64,000 nucleotides of DNA, taken from positions 1,438 through 65,437 of the forward strand of contig JALTFO010000065.1 in assembly GCA_027007005.1 (NCBI GenBank), in the 5' to 3' direction. A program made the position numbers and the translations under genes. Below, one piece after another: positions 10,090 through 19,085 of this stretch (position 1 is its first letter; the number at the start of each line of letters is the position of its first letter). Below the pieces are notes generated by a model, which was given only the letters and a program-made list of their open reading frames with translations, did no database searches and was not told where the DNA came from. Origin of the DNA: Candidatus Bipolaricaulota bacterium. Lineage in GTDB: Bacteria > Bipolaricaulota > Bipolaricaulia > UBA7950 > UBA9294.

Positions 10090-10590
10090 ATGAACGAAGA
10101 CAAGCTAACGCACTTGGATAATGAAGGGCGAATACGCATGGTCGATGTTAGTGAAAAGTCCGAGACGGAACGCATCGCTGTGGCACGCGGGCAGGTCACG
10201 ATGTCTCCCTCCACCTGTCGCATGATCCTGGAGGGGAACGTAACGAAGGGGAATGTGTTAACAACGGCGCAGGTCGCTGGGATCATGGCAGCAAAACGCA
10301 CCGGGGAGCTGATCCCTCTCTGCCATCCGATCCCCCTAACTGACGTCGAGGTGCGCTTCTCCGTTCAGGCCGATGCCGGTACGATCAATATCGAGGCGAC
10401 TGCAAAGTGCGTCGGAAGGACGGGAGTCGAGATGGAGGCACTCACCGCTGTGTCGGTGGCTGGTCTCACCATCTACGATATGGCAAAGGCGGTGGAGCGC
10501 ACGATGCAGATCGGAGGGATCCGCCTGGTGCGAAAGAGCGGCGGCAAGAGCGGGACGTTCGTGCGTGAGGGGGAGGAAGATGACGTCTGA
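10090..10590 (+). CDS. moaC: cyclic pyranopterin monophosphate synthase
   Basis: Motifs [16 protein letters not shown] and [18 protein letters not shown] are present. The start lies 1 nt after the moaA stop. Confidence 0.9.
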   Translation: MNEDKLTHLDNEGRIRMVDVSEKSETERIAVARGQVTMSPSTCRMILEGNVTKGNVLTTAQVAGIMAAKRTGELIPLCHPIPLTDVEVRFSVQADAGTINIEATAKCVGRTGVEMEALTAVSVAGLTIYDMAKAVERTMQIGGIRLVRKSGGKSGTFVREGEEDDV

Positions 10591-10837
10591 GATTATCGTT
10601 ACCGTACGCCTGTTCGCCGCGCCACGCGAGTTTACTGGCAAGAGTGAGATCCAAGTCACTCTTCCAACTGGGGCGCGACTCTCCGAGCTGATCAAGCGGC
10701 TGAGCGCAGACTATCCTGGACTGGGAAGGTACCTGCCCTACAGCAAGTTAGCGGTGAACCACGCCATCTCCACACCAGAGGCGATCCTCAACGACAGCGA
10801 TGAAGTGGCGCTTCTGCCGCCGGTGGGAGGAGGATGA
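10580..10837 (+). CDS. moaD: molybdopterin synthase sulfur-carrier subunit
   Basis: This is an 85-aa ThiS/MoaD-like protein ending in PPVGGG. GGGAGG lies upstream, and the gene overlaps the moaC end. Confidence 0.85.
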   Translation: MTSEIIVTVRLFAAPREFTGKSEIQVTLPTGARLSELIKRLSADYPGLGRYLPYSKLAVNHAISTPEAILNDSDEVALLPPVGGG

Positions 10838-10838
10838 T

Positions 10839-11261
10839 ATGGATGAGAACATTGTTGCCATCACCGATAACCCGATTGTCGTTCAAGACATTGTCACCCG
10901 GCTCAGCGAACCGGCAGTCGGAGCCGTGGCGACGTTCGTCGGCGTCGTACGCAATAATTCTGATGATCGCAAGGTGGAATACCTGGAGTACGAGGCCTAT
11001 CCGCAGATGGCCCTCGCTGAGATGCAACGAATCTGCGCGGAGGTGCGGGATCGCTGGCTAAGCATCCACAGGATCGCGATCGTCCACCGAACGGGGCGGC
11101 TCGCCGTGGGGGAGGTGGCGGTGTTGATCGCTGTGTCGTCAGCGCACCGACAGGAGGTATTCGACGCACTGCACTACGCGATCGATCGGCTCAAGGAGAT
11201 CGTCCCCATCTGGAAGAAAGAGGTGTGGCAAGGAGGGTCAGAGTGGAAGCAAGAGACCTAA
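10839..11261 (+). CDS. moaE: molybdopterin synthase catalytic subunit
   Basis: MoaE-type motifs are present (GAVATFVGVVRN, VEYLEYEAY, IWKKE). The start lies 1 nt after the moaD stop. Confidence 0.9.
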   Translation: MDENIVAITDNPIVVQDIVTRLSEPAVGAVATFVGVVRNNSDDRKVEYLEYEAYPQMALAEMQRICAEVRDRWLSIHRIAIVHRTGRLAVGEVAVLIAVSSAHRQEVFDALHYAIDRLKEIVPIWKKEVWQGGSEWKQET

Positions 11262-11266
11262 CGGTG

Positions 11267-12505
11267 ATGTATCCCATGCTCAGTGTCGAGGAGGCGCGGC
11301 AGCGGGTACTGCGTGGCCTGGCGCCGCTAGAGGCGGAATCAGTGCCGCTTCTCTCAGCGCTGGGGCGGATACTAGCGACCAATGTAATCGCGGGCTACGA
11401 CATTCCCCCGCACGCAAACACGGCGATGGATGGCTATGCCCTGCACTCGGAAGACACGAAGACAGCTAGCGAAGAAAGTCCTGTCAGACTGCGCGTCATA
11501 GCCGAGCTTCCCGCGGGGTACGTGGCAGAAGAAACAGTAGTTCCAGGAACAGCGATCCGCATCATGACAGGCGCCCCAATCCCTTCTGGTACGGATGCGG
11601 TAGTGCGTTTTGAGCACGTGCAGCAAGAAGGGGAGTACATCGTAGTTACAAGGCCCATCCCTGTTGGAAAGGAGGTCCGCCAAGCAGGGGAGGACGTGAA
11701 GAAGGACAATGTGGTTCTTAGGCATGGCCAAAGGCTGCGACCGCAGGACATAGGGATGCTTGCATCCATAGGAAAGTCGCAGGCCGAGGTTGTGAAGCGG
11801 CCACGAGTGGGCATTCTCGCCACCGGCGATGAACTTGTTGAGATCAATGCACCACTCGCCCCAGGTAAAATTCGCAATGCAAATGGTTATTCCAACGCTG
11901 CTCAAGTGCTTAAGTACGGAGGAGAGCCTGTCTCTCTTGGGATCGCCTCGGATCGCGACACAGAGATCAAGGAGAAGATCCGCCGCGGGATCGAGGAGGG
12001 GGTCGATCTGCTCGTTGTCTCCGGAGGCGTATCTGTAGGAGACTTCGACGTGGTGAAGAAGGTGCTCGCGCAGGAAGGGGAGATTGACTTCTGGCGCGTG
12101 CGCATGAAGCCCGGGAAACCGCTTGCTTTCGGGCATATCACACTTGCTGGCAGGAGAGTACCTGTGTTGGGAATGCCGGGAAATCCTGTATCGGCGATGG
12201 TCTCCTTTGAGATGTTTGCCCGCCCGATGATCCTGGCGCTGCTCGGGGCAAGCGATGTGGAACATTGCATGGTAGTCGCGACCCTTGAGGATGCGATCTC
12301 CAGTAAGGACGATCGAAGGCACTTCGTACGCGTCAGGCTGGAGGAAGGAGAGAATGGATACGTTGCTCACCTAACCGGAGACCAAGGCTCGGGAATTCTG
12401 ACCTCGATGGTCGAAGCAGACGGCCTGGCAGTCATCCCTGAACAGTGGCGGAGTGTGGAGCCAGGCGCACAAGTGCAGATCATCTTGTTAGGAGACAGCC
12501 TATGA
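11267..12505 (+). CDS. moeA: molybdopterin molybdenumtransferase
   Basis: The MoeA layout is present (NTAMDGYA, IMTGAPIP.G.DAVV, SGGVSVGDFD, MKPGKP). The start could be ATG at 11267 or nearby. Confidence 0.9.
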   Translation: MYPMLSVEEARQRVLRGLAPLEAESVPLLSALGRILATNVIAGYDIPPHANTAMDGYALHSEDTKTASEESPVRLRVIAELPAGYVAEETVVPGTAIRIMTGAPIPSGTDAVVRFEHVQQEGEYIVVTRPIPVGKEVRQAGEDVKKDNVVLRHGQRLRPQDIGMLASIGKSQAEVVKRPRVGILATGDELVEINAPLAPGKIRNANGYSNAAQVLKYGGEPVSLGIASDRDTEIKEKIRRGIEEGVDLLVVSGGVSVGDFDVVKKVLAQEGEIDFWRVRMKPGKPLAFGHITLAGRRVPVLGMPGNPVSAMVSFEMFARPMILALLGASDVEHCMVVATLEDAISSKDDRRHFVRVRLEEGENGYVAHLTGDQGSGILTSMVEADGLAVIPEQWRSVEPGAQVQIILLGDSL

Positions 12506-13023
12506 GCGATCTAAGGATTAGGATCGGGATATTGACAATAAGCGATCGCGCATCACGCGGGGAACGAGAAGATGAAAGCGGACCGCTGATCGAGCGCTTG
12601 GTCAGCCAGTCGCTTCACTGCGCGATCGAAAAAAAAGCGATCGTTCCAGACGTGAGGGAAGAGATCGCAAGTATCCTAATTAATTGGGCGGATGCTCTCA
12701 AGCTGGGCCTCATCCTCACCACTGGCGGAACGGGCTTCTCACCGCGCGACATCACACCGGAGGCGACGAGGGATGTAATCGAGCGAGAGGCGCCGGGCCT
12801 GGCAGAGGCGATGCGTGCTCAGGGGATCGCGAAGACCCCACATGCGATGCTCTCCCGCGCGGTAGCAGGAATTCGTGGGCACACGCTGATCATCAACCTA
12901 CCGGGCAGTCCAAAAGCTGTTAAGGAGGGGCTGGAAGTGATCATGCCGGCGTTGCCACATGCCGTTTCCATCCTGCGCGGTGGCGGCAATAGCGAGCACG
13001 AATACCACCAACACACCGGTTAG
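12502..13023 (+). CDS. moaB: MoaB/MogA-family molybdopterin adenylyltransferase
   Basis: Motifs ILTISDRASRGERED, TTGGTGFSPRD and NLPGSPKA are present. The ATG overlaps the moeA stop (ATGA). Confidence 0.85.
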   Translation: MSDLRIRIGILTISDRASRGEREDESGPLIERLVSQSLHCAIEKKAIVPDVREEIASILINWADALKLGLILTTGGTGFSPRDITPEATRDVIEREAPGLAEAMRAQGIAKTPHAMLSRAVAGIRGHTLIINLPGSPKAVKEGLEVIMPALPHAVSILRGGGNSEHEYHQHTG

Positions 13024-13209
13024 GAACAAACAGTGTGGCACACTCGCCTAGACAACGAGCTGACGCATGAAGGCGAGAAGATTGAGCGTTCTGATCACGT
13101 TGTCTTCATAGTATCGCTGTGGACGGAAAAGGTTCCCTCCGTGAAATACTCGCTAAGCACAGCTCTCTTTACACCCTGACCGAGACCATCGAAGATAACA
13201 ACCCACTTC

Positions 13210-14970
13210 TCAATTAAGAGAGAGCGGCACGATCTTGTGATTTGCTACGTCGATCAACCCGAGATCGGTGACGCCGAGAGCGGGGACGGTGGGAAGCGAT
13301 ACAAACGACAGGGCCATGAACGGAGTGTCGAGCGAGCAGCCAAGAGCATGTGCCGCATCTCGGACTGCAGCGAGGTCTCGATCAACGGTTTCGGTCTCTT
13401 CTTCACTCATCAGGCCACAGAGCGGCAGGGGAAGGATCGCCTCTACCGCTCCATCACTCACAACCACAAAGCCACCCTGAGATTCGACGAGCGACTCAAC
13501 TGCAACCCGCATGTCATGCTTGTCAAGGCCGACAACGACGATGTTATGGTGATCGTGCGACACGCTCCCGGCTATCGCTCCGCGTTTCAGGCCAAAGCCG
13601 TGGATCAGGCCGCGGCCGATGTTCCCATTCTTACCGTAGCGCTCCACGCAGAACATCGGGAGCACGTCGTGCTCGATGTCAGGAGAGATTACACCATCTT
13701 CAACATTGAGCGTCCCCTCAATAGCATTGTTGACGATCTGTCCGGGGATAAGATCGATCACCCGTGCACGGATCGACTCGCCGCTGCTCGGTATCGTGAA
13801 GTCATCGTCAACAAGGTTGTGGTGCAACTTCACCGTGTGGCGTAGTGTCTCCGGATAATCGATGTGCGGCACGCCAACGACAAGTCTCCCTTCCTCCGCC
13901 ACGACCTCTCCATTAACGAAGACCCGTTGTGGTTCTATATGATCGATCGATGGAGTGAGGATGAAGTCGGCGTACCGCCCGGGGCTGATCGATCCTAGCA
14001 GGTGCTCGATACGGAAGTGCTGTGCCGTGTTCACCGTTGCCATGCGGATTGCGTCCATCGGCTCTAGGCCAAGCTCGATCGCCCGGTTGACGTTGTAGTT
14101 GATGTGCCCCTCGGAGCGGATGTCGGAAGTGTGCTTGTCGTCGGTGCAGAACATGAGGTTACGCGTATCGGTGCCGTGCTTCACGATGCCACTGATCAGC
14201 GCTTCGACATTCCGCTCGCTTGACCCCTCGCGTACCATCACCCCCATGCCAAGCGCGAGGCGCTCTTGAAGCTCCTCGAAAGTGACGCATTCGTGGTCGT
14301 CGTTTAGCCCAGCCGTGGCGTAGGCCTGCAGCGTTTTTCCAGCAAGGCCGATCGCGTGGCCGTTAGCAATCTTCCCGCGCCGGTGTGCGGCGATGATCTT
14401 CAGCAGATGCTCATCGCTTAACGTATCGATCTTCGCTGGGTCGAGCTCACCCAGACTCACCGCCACGTTGAGATCAAGGAGCCGCTCCGTCTCCTCCACA
14501 CCGAGCGCACCGCCCGTCGTCTCAAGGCCGGGAGCGGTGGGGACGCGCGATGAAACCTCGATGAAGATGCGATAGGGAAGCCGATCGATTCCCTCGATGA
14601 ACGCAAGGAGCCCATCCAGGCCTGCGACGTTGCTGATCTCCATCGGATCGATGAGCATGGTCGTCGTCCCACGTGGAACAATCACCTCAGCGAGCGCCGG
14701 TGGCGTGAGGAGCGTCGTCTCGATGTGCACGTGCGCATCGATCAATCCTGGAATCGCGTAGCTGTGCTCGCCATCGATCACCGCCGCAGGGGCACTCTTT
14801 GGCAGTGACGATGAGATCGTGACCACACGCCCGTTCTTGATCCCGATGTTCGTCGTTACAATCTCGCCACTGTAGACGTTGACCAACTGCACGTCCTTCA
14901 CCAGCGTATGGAGCGCCTCGCGGTCGTACGCGGCGCGTATCTCCTCTTTCAGTTCACTCAATCTCTCCAT
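13210..14970 (-). CDS. ade: adenine deaminase
   Basis: The protein is about 590 aa, in the amidohydrolase family, with the motif GLIDAHVHIETTLL and the long C-terminal domain typical of Ade. The start is ATG at 14970 or TTG at 14985. Confidence 0.8.
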   Translation of the reverse strand: MERLSELKEEIRAAYDREALHTLVKDVQLVNVYSGEIVTTNIGIKNGRVVTISSSLPKSAPAAVIDGEHSYAIPGLIDAHVHIETTLLTPPALAEVIVPRGTTTMLIDPMEISNVAGLDGLLAFIEGIDRLPYRIFIEVSSRVPTAPGLETTGGALGVEETERLLDLNVAVSLGELDPAKIDTLSDEHLLKIIAAHRRGKIANGHAIGLAGKTLQAYATAGLNDDHECVTFEELQERLALGMGVMVREGSSERNVEALISGIVKHGTDTRNLMFCTDDKHTSDIRSEGHINYNVNRAIELGLEPMDAIRMATVNTAQHFRIEHLLGSISPGRYADFILTPSIDHIEPQRVFVNGEVVAEEGRLVVGVPHIDYPETLRHTVKLHHNLVDDDFTIPSSGESIRARVIDLIPGQIVNNAIEGTLNVEDGVISPDIEHDVLPMFCVERYGKNGNIGRGLIHGFGLKRGAIAGSVSHDHHNIVVVGLDKHDMRVAVESLVESQGGFVVVSDGAVEAILPLPLCGLMSEEETETVDRDLAAVRDAAHALGCSLDTPFMALSFVSLPTVPALGVTDLGLIDVANHKIVPLSLN

Positions 14971-15040
14971 ATCGCGCACTTCCAACTAAAATCGCCCCCT
15001 ACCATTTCTCTCCCGTGTAGCTTGTACTCATCCAACGTAG

Positions 15041-16018
15041 TTACCTGTACAGATCATCGCGTGTCCAGGTGCGACCACAAGGATCAGACCCGTACTTCAT
15101 CAAGCGCTCCACTTCCTCACGCGATGGAAGAGAAGGCTGCGCTCCCTTCTTGGTGGCCGCCAGAGCACCAGCGGCATTTGCCCAGCAAATCGCCTCTTTC
15201 AACGGTTGTCCCTCGGCAAGAGCAACGGCCAATGCCCCATTGAACGCATCACCGGCGGCGGTAGTATCTACCGCATCGATCAAGAAAGGGGAAGAGCGGT
15301 ATGAGTGCTCGTGATCGATCACGTACGAGCCCTGGTCACCGCATTTACAGACAACGCGCTTCACACCACGGTCGAGCAATCGGTGTGCTGCAACCTCGAC
15401 TCTATCTTCTCCTGTCATGGTAAGTAATTCCCCGTTATTTGGAGTCAGTATATCGATTCGATCCAAGAACAGAGACGAGAGGTCTTGCGCTGGCGCGGGG
15501 TCGAGGATAACCAAGGGTCGTCCCGCTGGCAATTGGCGCAGCAGATAATCGATAGTTGCTAGCGGAATTTCCAGTTGCAACAAGAGTACCTTCGCCTGGA
15601 CAATTACGGAAAGAACATCGTCCACGTATGAGACATCGACTCGGCCGTTTGCTCCTGGAACGCAGGCAATGACGTTCTCTCCTTTCTCGCTCACCAATAT
15701 ACTGGCAATCCCCGAGGAGCAACTGCTTTCTCTCTCCACCTTGGAAATATCAATTCCATTCTCGGCGAGCTTGTCCAGAAGTTCGTCCCCAAGAGAGTCA
15801 GTGCCTACCTCTCCGAACATCGCGGTAGGGGCCCCCAAGCGAGCCGCACCCACTGCCTGGTTTGCTCCCTTACCTCCGGGATAGCGGTTGAATCTCCAAC
15901 CGAGTACCGTCTCTCCTGGTTGCGGTAGATGTGGAACCTCGGTGACGAGATCCATGTTGATGCTACCCAGCACAGCAATTGTTGCCCTCCGACTTCTGGA
16001 AGAGGATGTGAATGTCAT
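15041..16018 (-). CDS. rbsK: ribokinase (PfkB family)
   Basis: Motifs [19 protein letters not shown] and [14 protein letters not shown] (PfkB signature 2) are present. Confidence 0.8.
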   Translation of the reverse strand: MTFTSSSRSRRATIAVLGSINMDLVTEVPHLPQPGETVLGWRFNRYPGGKGANQAVGAARLGAPTAMFGEVGTDSLGDELLDKLAENGIDISKVERESSCSSGIASILVSEKGENVIACVPGANGRVDVSYVDDVLSVIVQAKVLLLQLEIPLATIDYLLRQLPAGRPLVILDPAPAQDLSSLFLDRIDILTPNNGELLTMTGEDRVEVAAHRLLDRGVKRVVCKCGDQGSYVIDHEHSYRSSPFLIDAVDTTAAGDAFNGALAVALAEGQPLKEAICWANAAGALAATKKGAQPSLPSREEVERLMKYGSDPCGRTWTRDDLYR

Positions 16019-16197
16019 TCTACAATCACTGCTTGCCTAATTCCATCTACATGGTATTCACAGTCACATAGAGACCTATACTCAGTATAAATCAAGACTA
16101 GCTTTTTCATATCCTGTCCTTTATCATCCATTTTCCTTGGTCTAACGTGAACATAGCCAGAATGGCATGTCAGTCACTAGCGACCAAAGCATGTGCT

Positions 16198-17661
16198 CTA
16201 TGACGCGCCAAAGTGTTTCTCTGCAACTGTAAATGCTCGATCAAAGATCTCTATTGCACGATCAATCGTGCTCTTGCGTATGGTTAGCGGGGGAATCAAC
16301 TGGAATCTGTTGTGGAAGTAGCCTCCTTTCTCAAAGACCATTCCTTCTCTTACACACTCATCGCGGATAAAGGCTGCTTCCTCCGACGCAGGTTCCCTGG
16401 TTTCGCGGTCGCGAACGAGTTCCAGCCCAATATAGATTCCGCGAGCATTGATGTGGCCAATGAGGTGATGACGTGTCTGTAGCTCCTCTAGCGCGTGAAC
16501 AAAGTATTCGCCTCGTTCGCGAACTGTCGCCAGGAAACTATCTTGAGAAACAATGTCCAGCACCTTGTTCCCCGCAGCACAGGCCAACACATTCCCCGCC
16601 TGAGTGGAGACATGTGCTCCTGGCCCCCAGCTCTCCAGTATCTCCGCCTTGGCAACAACAGCAGAAAGTGGCAGCCCACCCCCCAGTGCTTTGGACGTGA
16701 GAAGCATATCGACCTGTACCTCTTCCCAATCAGTCGCCCATAGTTTACCTGTTCGACCAAGTCCCGATTGAATCTCATCAACAATCAACAGAATTCCGTA
16801 TTTATCGGCTAAACGGCGCAGTAAACGTAGGTATCCCGGACTAGGAATGATGTAGCCAGCTGAGCTTTGGAACGGCTCCACAATGAACGCGGCCACGCTT
16901 GTTATGTTCCCTCCGACTTCCCGGTAGGGCGACTCTTTGCTCTGAAAGTAGTATTCGAAATAATGTTCGAGCCGCTCGATCGCCCATTCGTCTTCTGCTT
17001 TTCCCTCTGGAGCCCTTCCAAATGGGCATTGGTAGGCATAAGGAAATGGGAAATAGCCTACCGCCGTATCCATCGGCGGAATAGGATAAAAATAGGGCCA
17101 CATCCCTCCCTTTCCAGTAAGGGCCATTGTGCTATAGGTTACCCCATGGTAGTCTCCGTAGGCAGTCAGGATAAATGGTTTACCTGTGTAGTAACGTGCT
17201 GCACGCATTGCCAGCTCAACAGCATCAGAACCTGTGACACCAAATGCCACCCTTGCTTTCCCACCCTTGATCGGGCTGATCCGAACTAGTTTCTCCGCCA
17301 GCTTGGTTCGTTCGGGATGTGGAAAATCGAAGTAATGCACCAACTTGCCCGCTTGTTGCTGGATGACCTTAGTAATCTCTTCATTGCACTCACCTAAGGT
17401 GGAGACCGAGAAGCCAGCTAGAAGATCGACGTATTCCTTACCGTCAACGTCAACAAGGATATCACCGCCTTTTGTACTCTCAATCATTGGAGGAAGGTTG
17501 AATAAACCCAGTCCGACCTGTCCATATGATTCCACTGCTAGCCAACGATGTGTCCAGTCCTTTGCCTTTTCTCCGAATGCAGCGGCTTGAACTCTTCTCT
17601 CAATATCTTTTTCTGTCAAGCCAAGGCGCTTGCGTTGCTCCAGAAAATCATTCTCGAACAT
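16198..17661 (-). CDS. class-III (omega-type) PLP aminotransferase
   Basis: The motifs DEIQSGLGRTGK and LTSKALGGGLP (PLP lysine) are present. A GGAGG SD is well placed. The substrate cannot be determined from the sequence. Confidence 0.85.
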   Translation of the reverse strand: MFENDFLEQRKRLGLTEKDIERRVQAAAFGEKAKDWTHRWLAVESYGQVGLGLFNLPPMIESTKGGDILVDVDGKEYVDLLAGFSVSTLGECNEEITKVIQQQAGKLVHYFDFPHPERTKLAEKLVRISPIKGGKARVAFGVTGSDAVELAMRAARYYTGKPFILTAYGDYHGVTYSTMALTGKGGMWPYFYPIPPMDTAVGYFPFPYAYQCPFGRAPEGKAEDEWAIERLEHYFEYYFQSKESPYREVGGNITSVAAFIVEPFQSSAGYIIPSPGYLRLLRRLADKYGILLIVDEIQSGLGRTGKLWATDWEEVQVDMLLTSKALGGGLPLSAVVAKAEILESWGPGAHVSTQAGNVLACAAGNKVLDIVSQDSFLATVRERGEYFVHALEELQTRHHLIGHINARGIYIGLELVRDRETREPASEEAAFIRDECVREGMVFEKGGYFHNRFQLIPPLTIRKSTIDRAIEIFDRAFTVAEKHFGAS

Positions 17662-17717
17662 GTTTTAACCTCCTAGAAATAGTGCCTTTACCTACCCAAT
17701 TAACCATTTACACTCAT

Positions 17718-19085
17718 TCATGCCAGCACGCGCGGAATGAACATTCCACGCGATTCATCGGCTACCCAAACACCTCTATCGATCAGAATCTCTCCTCGTC
17801 GCATCACCAGATCGGGGAACCCGCGAACGGTATGTCCCTCGTATGGCGACCAATCAACATTCATGTGCAGAGTTCGATAACTTAGAACGTGTTCTTTTTC
17901 TGTATTCAGAACAACCAAATCAGCATCAGATCCAACCTGCAGTGTCCCTTTCTGAGGATAAAGTCCTAATATTCGCGCTGCGTTGTAACTCGTCAATTGG
18001 ACAATTCTCTCCAGGGATAAATGGCGTTTCTCATACCCCTCGGTAACCATGAGAGGTAGCCTTGTCTCAACACCAGGCAATCCGTTCGGTATCTTGGGAA
18101 AATCATCCTTGTGTTCTGCCTTTTGTGTTCTGCTAAATGGACAATGATCCGTGGAAACAAAGTCGACCGTTCCGTCTTCGCATCCTGTCCACAGGGATTC
18201 CACATCAGCCGCATTCTTCAGCGACGGGCTTACGAGGAACAGGTATCCCTCCGATCCTGCACACTTTTCCGCAGTAAGTAATAGATAGTGCGGACATGTC
18301 TCCGCATACACCTGTTGCCCCTGATGCTTTGCCTGCGCAATGAGGGCAATTGAGTCCTGTGAGGAAACATGTACGAAGAACATCCTGCCGCCGACAATCC
18401 GGTTGAGGAAGAGCATGCGGTTGATCGCCTCGGCCTCGACAAGCTGTGGCCTGCTGGCATAGTGATAGGCCGGGCCGGTCTTTCCCCGAGCAACAAGAAG
18501 AGCAGTCAATGTGTCAACAATTGCCCCATTCTCCGCGTGAATACCGACCAGTCCTCCCGCTTGTTTGACCCAACGCATGATTTGGTAGATCTCTCCATCG
18601 CTGAGCGCCAGACCCGGATAGAGCATGTACAGCTTGAAGCTGGGAATGCCCGCCTTAATAACGGCCGCAATTTCCTCAGCCAGTGTGCTGGTGAAGCGAT
18701 TGATCACCGCATGGAACGCAAAATCAGTGTAACAAGATTCGATTGCTTCTTTGCGCCGCTTATCAACAGCAACGGATAAGGGCTCGCCCCGCTCAGGGAT
18801 TGCAAAGTCGATGATGGTGGTCACCCCACCCCATATGGCCGCCCGCGTGCCGGAACTGAAATCATCGCCGGAGCTGAATGAGTCGCTCTTCCATGGCATG
18901 TGTACATGTGAATCAATAAGGCCGGGAAGGATGAATTTGCCTGTTGCATCAACAGTGCGATCGGCCGAGAATGATGTGGCAAGGGCCTTTCCCATAGCAG
19001 CTATTTTCTCATCGGAAACAAGGAGATCCGCCGTAATCATACCGTCGGGGAATACGATCTTTCCGCCACATATTAGGGTCCTCAT
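17718..19085 (-). CDS. dihydropyrimidinase / D-hydantoinase family cyclic amidohydrolase (paralogue 1)
   Basis: The metal-binding motifs are DSHVHMPW, SFKLYM (carboxylated Lys), IHAENG, VHVSS and STDHCPF. The ATG overlaps the upstream stop. Confidence 0.85.
   Translation of the reverse strand: MRTLICGGKIVFPDGMITADLLVSDEKIAAMGKALATSFSADRTVDATGKFILPGLIDSHVHMPWKSDSFSSGDDFSSGTRAAIWGGVTTIIDFAIPERGEPLSVAVDKRRKEAIESCYTDFAFHAVINRFTSTLAEEIAAVIKAGIPSFKLYMLYPGLALSDGEIYQIMRWVKQAGGLVGIHAENGAIVDTLTALLVARGKTGPAYHYASRPQLVEAEAINRMLFLNRIVGGRMFFVHVSSQDSIALIAQAKHQGQQVYAETCPHYLLLTAEKCAGSEGYLFLVSPSLKNAADVESLWTGCEDGTVDFVSTDHCPFSRTQKAEHKDDFPKIPNGLPGVETRLPLMVTEGYEKRHLSLERIVQLTSYNAARILGLYPQKGTLQVGSDADLVVLNTEKEHVLSYRTLHMNVDWSPYEGHTVRGFPDLVMRRGEILIDRGVWVADESRGMFIPRVLA

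Noticed and set aside
11372-12370. A 332-aa ORF antisense to moeA. Similar long antisense ORFs occur elsewhere (9690-10301, 13237-13845, 21125-21757, 33008-33562, 34106-34804, 36303-36857, 39476-40048, 62938-63594).
   Set aside because: Each lies entirely inside a gene with clear family motifs on the other strand. They have Arg/Ser/Cys/His-rich compositions that look spurious, lack SD sequences and match no family I recognise. These are typical shadow ORFs.
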